Position numbers and translations under genes: made by a program. Source: an uncultured Planctomycetaceae bacterium (lineage in GTDB: Bacteria > Planctomycetota > Planctomycetia > Planctomycetales > Planctomycetaceae). From it: DNA of 64,000 nt. The notes below the pieces were generated by a model, which was not told the origin of the DNA, made no database searches, and worked only from the letters and a program-made list of their open reading frames with translations. This document shows, in pieces, positions 29,004 through 38,721 of the stretch; within the stretch, counting starts at the first letter, position 1; each line of letters starts with the position of its first letter. Where the stretch lies: positions 7,978 through 71,977 of the forward strand of contig CAXAWH010000007.1 in assembly GCA_963972485.1 (NCBI GenBank). The letters are read 5' to 3'.

Positions 29004-30182
29004 ATGAAATTGCTGTGCTTACTGACTGCAGGTTTCTTGCTAATGAGTATAGAAATGACATTCGGTCAACCTGAAGGAATTTCTCGACCCGGCAATCCCC
29101 CCGACCGTGCACGAATGATGCAGAATATAAAAACTCATCAGAATTTGGAATATGTCTCCGATGGGCATGAACGACATAAACTCGATTTATTTCTTCCGAA
29201 GGAAGCGAGTGAGCCCTTGCCCTTAATCATCTGGATTCATGGTGGTGCCTGGCAGAACGGAAGTAAAGAGGGGTGTCCTCCTCTGCGCAAAGGATACACA
29301 GAACATGGTTATGCCGTCGCCAGTATTAATTATCGATTGAGCGGTCATGCGATTTTCCCGGCTCAAATTGAAGATTGTAAAGCGGCAATTCGCTGGCTGC
29401 GGGGTCACGCTGAAGAATACAATCTCGATCCTGATCGATTTGGAGTGTGGGGAAGTTCAGCTGGCGGTCATCTGGTGGCGCTGGTCGGAACTTCTGGAGG
29501 TGTTACTGAATATGATGTCGGCGACTACATGGAACAGTCGAGCAGCGTTCAGGCGGTCTGTAATTTTTACGGACCGACCGATCTGATCGCCTTCGTGCAA
29601 ACACCCGGATATACAAAACATGCCGATATTTATTCTCCTGAATCCAAACTGATTGGCGGCCTCGTGCTGGAAAATGAAGAGCAGGCAGCCCGTGCCAATC
29701 CCATCGAATATATCAGCGAAGACGATCCTCCATTTTTAATTGTACATGGCGACAAGGATCCCGTCGTGCCGATTAACCAGAGTGAGTTGCTGTTTAAGGC
29801 AATGAAGTCACAGAATTTGAGTGTGCATTTTCATACGATTCATGGAGCAGGTCATGGACGCCCGGGATTTGACGCCCCCGAATTGAACGAAATGGTTCTC
29901 AAGTTCTTTGACTCCACATTGAAGGACAATTCAGGTGAAAAGGAACCGGCTCAGGCGATAACTTCTGAGAGTACAGCCCAGGCGGATTCGAGGCCTGATC
30001 CCAATGAACGCTTTAGGCCTTCGTTTGAGAAGATTCTGAATCGTATTGACAAAGATTACGATGGCAAAATATCTGCACAGGAATTTTCAGCGTCGCCAGA
30101 TTTGTTTAAACGTCTGGATCGGAATCAGGATGGATATATCACTCAAGAAGAGCACAATCATTTATTTGGAACTAAGGAGTGA
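29004..30182 (+). CDS. Secreted alpha/beta hydrolase (esterase) fused to two C-terminal EF-hands
   Basis: Signal peptide. Oxyanion IWIHGGAW, nucleophile elbow GSSAGGH, and HGDKD. EF-hand loops DKDYDGKISAQEF and DRNQDGYITQEE. Confidence 0.8.
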   Translation: MKLLCLLTAGFLLMSIEMTFGQPEGISRPGNPPDRARMMQNIKTHQNLEYVSDGHERHKLDLFLPKEASEPLPLIIWIHGGAWQNGSKEGCPPLRKGYTEHGYAVASINYRLSGHAIFPAQIEDCKAAIRWLRGHAEEYNLDPDRFGVWGSSAGGHLVALVGTSGGVTEYDVGDYMEQSSSVQAVCNFYGPTDLIAFVQTPGYTKHADIYSPESKLIGGLVLENEEQAARANPIEYISEDDPPFLIVHGDKDPVVPINQSELLFKAMKSQNLSVHFHTIHGAGHGRPGFDAPELNEMVLKFFDSTLKDNSGEKEPAQAITSESTAQADSRPDPNERFRPSFEKILNRIDKDYDGKISAQEFSASPDLFKRLDRNQDGYITQEEHNHLFGTKE

Positions 30183-30458
30183 TGGCTTGCCGTTCCAAAC
30201 ATTTTTCTTGAACAGCTAATTGAGTCATAATCAATGCGTACGTACATTTTGTTGATCCCATGACTAATAAATCGATATCGAGCTAAGTGGTGGTGTTGCT
30301 GCTTTGATTGGGATGTTGTCATGTTGAATACTTCGTTGGCTTGACACCGCTGTCCTAACAATGCGAGCATTCACAATTCGCATTCGCTTTCCTGGATTTG
30401 TTTTCCTGAAACGGATCCTTGCTGATATTGAATCACTACCGCTATCTATGGAAACAAG

Positions 30459-33400
30459 ATGTTCGTGATAAATATGCTCTCAATGTTCAATTCCCAATTC
30501 TCGAAATGTGCTTTGGGATTGATTTCCATTTCACTTGCCCAACCTGTTCAAGCAGATCAAGTCTACGAACAAATCCCTGAAATTTCCGCTTCGACAACTT
30601 TGGAAAAATTGGACAGCGGTGATAAGGCTCCTGTAAAAGAGATTGATTTCGCCGCTGGAATTCAACCCGAGTGGATCTGGGGGCCAAAAGATAAGCAAAA
30701 CTATTCGCTTGAGTATAGTCTGACATTGAATCAAGATCCCAAGCAGGCTTTAGCCGCTCGCGTGATGGCTTCCTGTGATAATGAGATGGAATTAAAAATC
30801 AACGGACAGATGGTATTTTCCAGTACGGAATGGCAGTCTCCAGAAAACAAAGACGTCAAGAACTTTCTGCAGAAGGGAGAAAACAAAATACAGGCTCGGG
30901 TGAAAAATCATGGAGGAGTCGCGGCATTTTTGTTCAAGCTGGTGCTCATCGATAGCAAGGGAGAAACTCAGGAAATTGTTTCCAATGGTCTATGGAATGT
31001 TTTTTCTGCAGATGGAACTTCCTTATCGGATAAGCCAACGATTAAAGGAAAGCTGGGAGATGGCCCCTGGGGCAATATCTTCAGCCAGGCACAAGACGAC
31101 TCTTTTGTGCCACGAGATACTTTTCTACTGAAGCCAGGATATCAGGTTGAGAAATTGTTCACTGTTCCTAAAGCAGAACTTGGTTCCTGGGTTTCAATCG
31201 CATTCGATCCCCAAGGCCGAATGCTCGCCAGTGATCAAGGGGATAAGGGAATTTGTCGTATTACCCCTGCTCCACCAGGCAGCGATGAACCAACTCGAGT
31301 GGAGCGACTGAACCTCCCGATCAGCTCCGCACAGGGTATGCTGTGTGCTTTTGATGCCCTGTATCTGTCAATCAATGGTGGTCCAGGATCGGGACTTTAT
31401 CGGGCACGAGATACGACCGGTGATGATCAGTATGATGAATTGACCAAACTGAAAGATTTCCGTGGAGGGGGCGAGCATGGTCCCCATGCACTCCGGTTGA
31501 GTCCTGATGGGAAATCGATTTTTGTAATCTGCGGAAATCATACCGATCCCCCCTTCTCTGTCGAACAGATTTCGGAAGAAGAATATTCCAGCCGAGTCCC
31601 CATCAACTGGAGTGAAGACTTGTTATTGCCTCGTCAATGGGATGCCAATGGGCATGCCCGCGGCAAACTGGCTCCCGGCGGCTGGATTGCCAAAACCGAT
31701 CCCGAAGGCAATACCTGGGAAATCTACAGCAGTGGATATCGCAATCCATACGATATGGATTTTAATACGGATGGAGAATTGTTTGCCTACGATGCGGATA
31801 TGGAATGGGATTTAGGTTCGCCCTGGTATCGTCCGACGCGTGTCTCCCATGCGACGAGCGGTAGTGAATTTGGATGGCGTAGCGGAACGGGAAAATGGCC
31901 CGCCTACTATCCAGATAGCTTACCTGCACTTGTTAACATCGGTCCGGGGTCTCCCGTAGGTGTTTGTTTTGGTACGGGAACTAATTTCCCAGAACGTGAT
32001 CAGAATGCATTGTTCATTTGCGACTGGACATTCGGAACAATGTACGCCATTCACATACAACCACACGGTGCAAGCTACACCGCAACTAAAGAAGAGTTTC
32101 TCTCTCGCACTCCACTCCCGTTGACCGATAATGCAGTCGGTCCGGATGGAGCGATGTATTTCACGGTAGGTGGACGTGGAACACAATCGGAATTGTATCG
32201 CGTGCGATACATTGGGAAAGAAAAAGAGCATCGCGGAATTGCAAAGGAATCCCAGGCCGATCAGAAACTGAAATCGATTCGCCATCATCTCGAAACATTC
32301 CACGCTTCTGAAAGTGAGATGTCGGAGTCCGAGATTATGAATGCTGTTAATTATCTACAACACGAAGATCGTTTCCTCCGCTATGCGGCTCGAATTGCCC
32401 TGGAACATCAACCCGTAGAGAAATGGTCTCAAGCAGTACTCGATGGGGACTTAAAATCGACCGGCATCATCAATGGAGTTGTTGGATTGGCCCGTCAGGG
32501 GGATGCCGGGATTCAAACTCAATTGATCGAAGCTCTCGATTCGCTGCACTTTGGAGAATTGTCGACAACTGATCAACTGGAGTTGTTACGTGCATGGCAG
32601 CTAGTCTTCACCAGGTTAGGACCTCCTTCTGAAGAGTGGGAACAGAAACTGGCCGCCAAGTACGATCCTTATTTTCCAGTGAATCGAATCCAGAATTCAA
32701 ATGATGATCGTCTCAATGATCCCTGGGATATCAGTGCAGACGATGCGTTGAATCGTGAATTGGCGACATTGCTGGTTTATTGGAACTCGCCGAATATCGC
32801 TGCAAAAATCGTGAAGGAACTGCAAAGCGAAAGTTCGACATTAAGCGATCAGGATCAGTTAAATCAGTTGATTGCCCGTAATAAAGGCTACGGTCGAGCG
32901 GTCGAAAGCATGCTGGAAAGACAACCAGATCTCCAGCAGATTCACTATGCGTTCGTATTACGAAATCTTAAGCAGGGTTGGACGCTTGAGGAACGTAAGA
33001 ATTATTTCTCCTGGTTCGAAAAAGCATCGAAGTGGAGCGGTGGTAACAGCTTCCAAAAGTTTCTGCAGAATATTGAAACCGAAGCCTTTGAGAATGCGAG
33101 TGAAAAAGAACGCTTGGCAATTGAAGCCTCCGGTGCCAGAAAACCATATCAGGTGCCAGAGTTGCCTAAGCCGGTCGGTCCGGGGAAAGATCGTTCAACC
33201 AGTGATATCTTGGAATTGGCCGAAACTGGTTTGAAGAGTAAACGTGATTATGAAAACGGTAAAAAAATGTTTGCTGCGACCCGCTGTATTGTGTGCCATC
33301 GATTCGATGGAGATGGTGGTGCGACGGGCCCTGATTTGACTCAACTGGCAGGCCGCTTCAATTTGAAAGATTTGACGGAGGCGATTGTCGAACCGAGCAA

Positions 33401-33692
33401 AGTCATTTCTGATCAATACCGTGCGATGCAGGTCGTGACTATTGACGGAAAAGTTTATACGGGACGTGTTCTGAGTGAATCTCAGGATCAGTTCACATTA
33501 CTATTAGACCCTGAAGATGCGACAAAATTCATCGACATTGCTCGCGATGATGTCGATGCAATGGTCGCTGCGAAGACGTCGTTGATGCCGAATGATTTAT
33601 TGAAATCACTCAATGACGAGGAAGTGCTTGATTTACTGGCCTATCTGCTCTCGCGGGGAAACCCGAACGATCCGATTTTTCGAGGACGGTGA
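30459..33692 (+). CDS. Large secreted heme-binding CxxCH protein (PVC-type membrane-bound-dehydrogenase domain plus C-terminal cytochrome c domain)
   Basis: 1077 aa with a signal peptide. Beta-propeller/HEAT-like middle region. C-terminal RCIVCHRFDGDGGATGPDL heme c motif. The architecture is common in Planctomycetota. Confidence 0.65.
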   Translation: MFVINMLSMFNSQFSKCALGLISISLAQPVQADQVYEQIPEISASTTLEKLDSGDKAPVKEIDFAAGIQPEWIWGPKDKQNYSLEYSLTLNQDPKQALAARVMASCDNEMELKINGQMVFSSTEWQSPENKDVKNFLQKGENKIQARVKNHGGVAAFLFKLVLIDSKGETQEIVSNGLWNVFSADGTSLSDKPTIKGKLGDGPWGNIFSQAQDDSFVPRDTFLLKPGYQVEKLFTVPKAELGSWVSIAFDPQGRMLASDQGDKGICRITPAPPGSDEPTRVERLNLPISSAQGMLCAFDALYLSINGGPGSGLYRARDTTGDDQYDELTKLKDFRGGGEHGPHALRLSPDGKSIFVICGNHTDPPFSVEQISEEEYSSRVPINWSEDLLLPRQWDANGHARGKLAPGGWIAKTDPEGNTWEIYSSGYRNPYDMDFNTDGELFAYDADMEWDLGSPWYRPTRVSHATSGSEFGWRSGTGKWPAYYPDSLPALVNIGPGSPVGVCFGTGTNFPERDQNALFICDWTFGTMYAIHIQPHGASYTATKEEFLSRTPLPLTDNAVGPDGAMYFTVGGRGTQSELYRVRYIGKEKEHRGIAKESQADQKLKSIRHHLETFHASESEMSESEIMNAVNYLQHEDRFLRYAARIALEHQPVEKWSQAVLDGDLKSTGIINGVVGLARQGDAGIQTQLIEALDSLHFGELSTTDQLELLRAWQLVFTRLGPPSEEWEQKLAAKYDPYFPVNRIQNSNDDRLNDPWDISADDALNRELATLLVYWNSPNIAAKIVKELQSESSTLSDQDQLNQLIARNKGYGRAVESMLERQPDLQQIHYAFVLRNLKQGWTLEERKNYFSWFEKASKWSGGNSFQKFLQNIETEAFENASEKERLAIEASGARKPYQVPELPKPVGPGKDRSTSDILELAETGLKSKRDYENGKKMFAATRCIVCHRFDGDGGATGPDLTQLAGRFNLKDLTEAIVEPSKVISDQYRAMQVVTIDGKVYTGRVLSESQDQFTLLLDPEDATKFIDIARDDVDAMVAAKTSLMPNDLLKSLNDEEVLDLLAYLLSRGNPNDPIFRGR

Positions 33693-33703
33693 TTGTTAGG
33701 AGT

Positions 33704-34909
33704 TCAGCATTTCATGGCCTGTGAAAACAGCCGCATGGATGGGAAGTAATCTGCAATAATTTTTAGAACCGCAAGAATCGGTACGGCAAGAAATACGCCG
33801 CCGATACCCCACATCCAGCCCCAGATGGCTATGAACAGGAAAACTATCAAGGGGTTCAGGCTCATCGAACGTCCCAGCAGAAATGGAGTGACAAACTGTC
33901 CTTCCAGCGAAGTTAATCCAAAATAGACTGCCGGAAATACGCAAGCGTAACCGATGCTGAAGGGTTGCAAAATTGCTATGAAAAAGACGATTACTGTCCC
34001 TGTCCAGGCACCCAGAAATGGAATGAAATTAAACAGAGCGGCCATAACTCCAACCAGGAAAGCATTCGGCAGACCGAGCAGATACATTGCCAGGCCCGTA
34101 ATGATTCCCAATGACACATTGATTACTGTGACAGTAAACAGATACAGCGACATTCCATGTTGCAGGTCTTCAATTAAATCCTTCGCTTTTGCTTTGGAGG
34201 ATGTAATTTCGAAGCCAGCGATCAAATTGGAGATCGTTGTATGGCCATAGACCAGGAGAAAAAATAAAAGCCCCAATGTGATAACCGTACCTGCCACCAA
34301 ACCTCCGGAATTGCTGACAATCTCCACGCCAGGAAAAAGTTTTGGTTGTTGGATTGCAACGGGCACAGGTTCATCGGCTTCATCCGGTTTGGCAATTTCC
34401 TTAATCTTTGCAGAAGCCTGCTCCATGTCCTCAATTTGTTTTTCAACTCCACTGAGCTTCATTTCAATTTGATTGAGATATTCCGGAGCATTGGCGATCC
34501 AATCTTTGATTGGTCCAGTTAAATTCATCATGGCTGCAGCGAATGCCCCAATGATGACAAACAGACAGATCGTAGCTCCCACGACGGGGGGAAGGTGCCA
34601 TTGATGAAAAATAGTCATAACTGGTCTGAGAACCAGATAGAGTATTAAAGCCAATACCACAGGCATCGCGACAGATTTTGCGAACGTTAGAACACTCAGA
34701 ACAGAAATTACAGCCAATATCGTTGTTGCAGCCTGAGGTAAGACGACTTTAACTCTGGGTATTTTAACAGACTCCTTGCTATCAGACCGCTGCAGCATTT
34801 TTTCATGTTCATTGTGAGGTGGGTCCTGTGCGGTACGCTGTCCCACGGACTGTTGCCAGTTGGTAAACGCATTGCTTCTGGCCATCGTGGGCATATTAGT
34901 CACTTTCAT
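33704..34909 (-). CDS. AI-2E (PerM/UPF0118) family transporter, paralog 1
   Basis: Multi-TM protein with a central soluble insertion. C-terminal IWGWMWGIGGVFLAVPI motif is typical of AI-2E transporters. Confidence 0.75.
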   Translation of the reverse strand: MKVTNMPTMARSNAFTNWQQSVGQRTAQDPPHNEHEKMLQRSDSKESVKIPRVKVVLPQAATTILAVISVLSVLTFAKSVAMPVVLALILYLVLRPVMTIFHQWHLPPVVGATICLFVIIGAFAAAMMNLTGPIKDWIANAPEYLNQIEMKLSGVEKQIEDMEQASAKIKEIAKPDEADEPVPVAIQQPKLFPGVEIVSNSGGLVAGTVITLGLLFFLLVYGHTTISNLIAGFEITSSKAKAKDLIEDLQHGMSLYLFTVTVINVSLGIITGLAMYLLGLPNAFLVGVMAALFNFIPFLGAWTGTVIVFFIAILQPFSIGYACVFPAVYFGLTSLEGQFVTPFLLGRSMSLNPLIVFLFIAIWGWMWGIGGVFLAVPILAVLKIIADYFPSMRLFSQAMKC

Positions 34910-35016
34910 TCCACTGGGTTTATCAGATTACAAATCTGTAAAAATAGCCTGCTCACAAGCTGAGGAATAGATTTCCCATACTTCTAAACAGGCGCTGCTA
35001 ACTTTGCCAGATTGGC

Positions 35017-35220
35017 TTACCAGGGCTTCAATTTCCAGCCGACGACGAATCCAATACCGAAACACCACAAGGCGGCTGCTTCAGGTTTTTGACGTGCATA
35101 ATCTTTCACATAAGCGATGAGATCCTGCCCAGGATGCAGACTTTCCTGCGGGTTTGGAAATGGTGCAGTGCGTGATGGAGAAGCCGTTTTGCTGGCTTGA
35201 TTGGATGCTGGAGTATTCAT
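35017..35220 (-). CDS. Small membrane protein (YqjK-like position in the stress cluster)
   Basis: 67 codons from ATG at 35220 with an AGGAG RBS. C-terminal TM AALWCFGIGFVVGW. The longer 180-aa ORF overlaps the upstream gene and was rejected. Confidence 0.5.
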   Translation of the reverse strand: MNTPASNQASKTASPSRTAPFPNPQESLHPGQDLIAYVKDYARQKPEAAALWCFGIGFVVGWKLKPW

Positions 35221-35261
35221 TCTTATCTCCTGTATTATTGTTTGAAGTGAGAATTCATTTG

Positions 35262-35753
35262 TTAAAAACGCGAATAGCGACGCCTGGCTGCTTCTCCAGG
35301 TGAAAGTCCAACTGAATCTGTTTCCACAAGTGCAGATTTGATCCAGGCAATATTTTCTTTCAGTTCTTCTTGAGAACGCCGAAGCAAGCCAATTCCTGAA
35401 GCAGAGAGTCTGAAACCTGCATAACACAGTGCAGCTGCAATCATTGTGGCAAGGGAGGCGACGCTCATTAAACTGGCCCCCAAGCTCCATTCGGCTTGTT
35501 GGTGCAAGTAAAAAGCCAGACCGCCGAGGAAAACAGGGATCATGCCCAGAAACAGACACATTCCGACAATTAACAAAGCAGCAGGCAATTTTAAAGAATT
35601 CGTCGAATCCCTTAAATCAACAGCTAATAACTTTCCCTGGAGCTCAAAGAGTTCAATTACGTTATGCAAAAATGCAGAAACATTTCTTTGAATACGTCTC
35701 TCGGGAGCCCCAGTTTTTTGGCGGGACTGATTTATCGTCTCTTGATAAGACAT
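35262..35753 (-). CDS. Holin-X/DUF1469 (YqjE-like) membrane protein
   Basis: Start at MSYQET. Segment LFELQGKLLAVDLRD followed by two TM helices, as in YqjE-type phage-holin-family proteins. Confidence 0.55.
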   Translation of the reverse strand: MSYQETINQSRQKTGAPERRIQRNVSAFLHNVIELFELQGKLLAVDLRDSTNSLKLPAALLIVGMCLFLGMIPVFLGGLAFYLHQQAEWSLGASLMSVASLATMIAAALCYAGFRLSASGIGLLRRSQEELKENIAWIKSALVETDSVGLSPGEAARRRYSRF

Positions 35754-35950
35754 CCGAGTGTTACTCCAATCGTTGCTGCAATTCCTAAGGCAATGTATGG
35801 ATTTGAGGAAACCCACTTGCGTGAAGTCTTCTCAAATGCTTTTAGAGGTCCCCAAACTTCTTTGGGATCTAAAGGTCCATTGGAATGGGAACGAATGTTT
35901 TTCGCGAAACCTTCAATCCCATTACTTTTTAGATTATGTGCAGAGATCAT
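35732..35950 (-). CDS. DUF883 (ElaB/YqjD-like) tail-anchored protein
   Basis: 72 aa. C-terminal NPYIALGIAATIGVTLGCLIKRR tail anchor. ATGA overlap with the upstream gene. Confidence 0.55.
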   Translation of the reverse strand: MISAHNLKSNGIEGFAKNIRSHSNGPLDPKEVWGPLKAFEKTSRKWVSSNPYIALGIAATIGVTLGCLIKRR

Positions 35951-36393
35951 GAATTCACCTGTTGCGGTTCTTGAGAACGTTGTTGAGATTTAGAATTCTC
36001 TTCAATTTGCTTGCCGATATATTGCCCTGCATACCCAACGCCGGCTCGCAAAGCGGTCATGGCTAGAAAGCCTGCTAAAGAAGCAATAGGTCCTGTGCGA
36101 GAGTTTGCTTTAGGTTTTGGCTCGACGACGAGCCGTTGCTTTTTGGATAGTTTTTCCAGTTCATCCGCATCAGGACTCATCACCTCTAAACGCTTTGGGA
36201 CAAGTACATAACCGACTGCGGCTGCAACACCGAGCATCATCCAAGGGGCTCTCTTCATGTAATAATGCCAGTCCATTAGCTTTTGAGCATCTTCGACAAT
36301 CCTGTTGACTTCAGGTTGGAGATGACAGCGTGTCTGCCGCATTTGCTCCCTGATTTGTTCCGCATTTTCAGGATTACTTTGCTGTACACTCAT
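35947..36393 (-). CDS. Hypothetical two-TM membrane protein of the stress cluster
   Basis: 148-aa ORF. Coiled N-terminus and TM helices WMMLGVAAAVGYVLVP and LAGFLAMTALRAGVGYA. Co-oriented and tightly packed with its neighbours. Confidence 0.5.
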   Translation of the reverse strand: MSVQQSNPENAEQIREQMRQTRCHLQPEVNRIVEDAQKLMDWHYYMKRAPWMMLGVAAAVGYVLVPKRLEVMSPDADELEKLSKKQRLVVEPKPKANSRTGPIASLAGFLAMTALRAGVGYAGQYIGKQIEENSKSQQRSQEPQQVNS

Positions 36394-36453
36394 AAGATAA
36401 TTTTTCGCTGATTGACACTAATTCACTTAGAAAGAGGTTACCACATAAGTCGA

Positions 36454-36717
36454 TTATCGACTGAATGAACCCGGAACCATACCGTGTAACGAGTCCATGA
36501 CGCGTCGGCTGATTTGTTCGCTGGTCGATAGACGTGAAGAAGAATTGCCAATCATCATGCCGATGCAAACTCCTGTTGCAATTCCGACAGCAAAAGTTGC
36601 CATAGTGGCTGCAAGAGGTTGTTCGGCGATGGCATGCTCCACCTGATGTGTCATCTGAGCACATTCCTGTTGAAGATTTCCACCAGTATCAATACGATTC
36701 GTTGTTTGTTGATTCAT
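36454..36717 (-). CDS. Small tail-anchored membrane protein (DUF883-like)
   Basis: ATG at 36717 with an AAGGAG RBS. TM helix LAATMATFAVGIATGVCIGMMIG. Confidence 0.5.
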   Translation of the reverse strand: MNQQTTNRIDTGGNLQQECAQMTHQVEHAIAEQPLAATMATFAVGIATGVCIGMMIGNSSSRLSTSEQISRRVMDSLHGMVPGSFSR

Positions 36718-36783
36718 CACGATCTCCTTGTGAAATAGAGTGACTTGTCTTGGGTAACCCGATTGAAACAATTTCAAAAATGA

Positions 36784-37239
36784 TTAGCCGCGACGACTGC
36801 TCGTCAACCCGATAATCACACCAGCGATCAAGCCAGCTCCAAAGGTGACAGCGATCGATTCCAAGGGGTTTTTGCGAACAACACCCTGGACATTTTCGTA
36901 ACCATCGTGCACCGCGTGAGAAGCATTCTCGTATTGATTCTTCGCATATTCAGACGCATCGTGAGTGTATTGCTCGGCCTGATTACGGACTTCATTGGCG
37001 TAATGTCGAACTTTGTCAGTTGCTGAGTCGGCCTGAGCAGTACCTTCGGCGATAATATCCTCGACGAAGTTTTCAATTTCAGAACGAGTTTTGCCCGTTT
37101 TTTCCTGAACAACACCGATCAGCTGTTCCATGTCACCATAGGCCGCATCAAGGTCGTCGCCTTTGAGATCCGCCCATTTTTCTCTTAAAGAACCTTTAAC
37201 CTGATTCCAATGGCCTTCTAATTCCTGTCGGGTCATCAT
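36784..37239 (-). CDS. CsbD-like stress protein fused to a DUF883/YtxH-like tail-anchored domain
   Basis: The N-terminus ELEGHWNQVKGSLREKWADLKGDDLD...GVVQEKTGKTRSEIE is CsbD-like. C-terminal PLESIAVTFGAGLIAGVIIGLTSSRR tail anchor. Confidence 0.75.
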   Translation of the reverse strand: MMTRQELEGHWNQVKGSLREKWADLKGDDLDAAYGDMEQLIGVVQEKTGKTRSEIENFVEDIIAEGTAQADSATDKVRHYANEVRNQAEQYTHDASEYAKNQYENASHAVHDGYENVQGVVRKNPLESIAVTFGAGLIAGVIIGLTSSRRG

Positions 37240-37293
37240 CTCTATTACTCCTGGTTAGTAGTTTGAAGACTAATTTGTCTAACTAATCCAGGA

Positions 37294-37309
37294 GCAAATC
37301 AGAGGCCAA
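37294..37309 (-). promoter_or_regulatory. Candidate sigma-54 (-24/-12) promoter, TGGCCT-N5-TTGCT
   Basis: The minus strand reads TGGCCTCTGATTTGCT, with GG-N10-GC spacing and a TTGCT -12 box. It sits about 55 nt upstream of the CsbD-like ATG (37239), which has an AGGAG RBS. Confidence 0.45.
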
Positions 37310-37422
37310 ACTTTATTTCTGATAGAAATAGCACAAATTGGACAGTTTTTTAGGAAAGTCTGGTTGTGAAACGATCATGCTGGATCGTGAGAGTCCAGTC
37401 AATTCCATGCAAAGTGGCCAGC

Positions 37423-38493
37423 TTAGACCACTTGTTTTGGAGTTGTTTCTGCAGGAGGCTTCCAATGACCGGCTAAAATTGCAGCAATTGACTTTGTCGC
37501 ATCAATCTTCCCCAATACGATCTTTATGCCAGCTGTAATCGGTGTCGCCAGAAACATGCCGACAATGCCCCACATCATTCCCCAGAACATCAAAGCCAGC
37601 AGCACAACCACAGGATGCAAGTCGGTTGATTCTCCCATCATTTTCGGCTCAATAATATTTCCACTGGCGAATTGGATCCCCGAGAGCACCAGAATCGCAG
37701 CGACCATCCAGCCAATCCCGGCTTCGGGTTGTAGAATGATCAGGGGAATCGGCAGCACTGTCGCAACGAGTGGGCCAATATTGGGAATGTAATTGAGCAG
37801 GAACGCGAGTAATCCAAATGTCATTGCCATCGGTAGTCCGAACAAAGCAATCGCCAAACCAAAGATTGCTCCCGTGATGACTGAGATCACCGTTTTCAGG
37901 CGAAGATAATTCCGAATTTGCAGATCGATTTCGTTCCAGGTTCCCGTCACTCCTAACGGAGCCGTAGCTCCAAGTAAGAGAAAGAAGACATAAATTAAAA
38001 CCACAATACTGGTCATCATCAGATTCAGAAGTGCTCCTGAAAGTTCTGATATTCCGTGTGTCATAAGAGACTCTAAGGACAGATCTATCTTCTTATCTGT
38101 TGGCGTTATCGATGTTTCGTCATCTGGGAGATCCCCTTTAACGAAACGCTCAGGTATATAATCCTGAATTGTGTTCACAATTTCCTGAATTCGCATGCGG
38201 TAAGCAGGAGCCATTTCGCGAAGTTCAATCGTCGAGGTCCATAACGTCCAGCCGAGTATCACCACAATGACCAACCCCAGCAGGAATGTGATCCCTGCAG
38301 CGACGAGCCGATCGACACCGAGCCGTCGCTGTAAAGTCTCCAGAACAGGAGCAATTCCACTGACGACAAACACTGCAATTACAAAGGGCAACAACACGGG
38401 GCGAAGCCAGTAAATGGCGTAGCCAATTGCTGCTGTGGTTAAAATCATCAGACAGATCGTCTGAACTCTCGAACGAGCCTCTTCATTATGCAT
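37423..38493 (-). CDS. AI-2E (PerM/UPF0118) family transporter, paralog 2
   Basis: 356 aa, multi-TM. Motif FWGMMWGIVGMFLATPITA. Confidence 0.8.
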   Translation of the reverse strand: MHNEEARSRVQTICLMILTTAAIGYAIYWLRPVLLPFVIAVFVVSGIAPVLETLQRRLGVDRLVAAGITFLLGLVIVVILGWTLWTSTIELREMAPAYRMRIQEIVNTIQDYIPERFVKGDLPDDETSITPTDKKIDLSLESLMTHGISELSGALLNLMMTSIVVLIYVFFLLLGATAPLGVTGTWNEIDLQIRNYLRLKTVISVITGAIFGLAIALFGLPMAMTFGLLAFLLNYIPNIGPLVATVLPIPLIILQPEAGIGWMVAAILVLSGIQFASGNIIEPKMMGESTDLHPVVVLLALMFWGMMWGIVGMFLATPITAGIKIVLGKIDATKSIAAILAGHWKPPAETTPKQVV

Positions 38494-38721
38494 CCTGATA
38501 ATCCAGTCTATTATACAATTCCGGCAATGATCTGATGCCGCATGAGCGCGAAGTTGGCGCCGATTTCATGACTCACGATTAAGAGCGTCTAATGTAACTC
38601 GATTTGGTCAAGATAGCTGGTGTGGCGGGGGAGCCCCGATTTAGCGGAAGCTCCCGAAGTTTCTATGACTCGGGGGCTTCTCTTCGAGAGCGCCCCCACC
38701 ACCCCTGTTAGAATTACATTC

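Noticed and set aside
35017-35559. 180-aa minus-strand ORF
   Set aside because: Its N-terminal two-thirds overlap the better-supported holin-X-like gene (35262-35753) in another frame and are Cys/Arg-rich. Only the last 67 codons, which have their own AGGAG RBS and a TM helix, look real.
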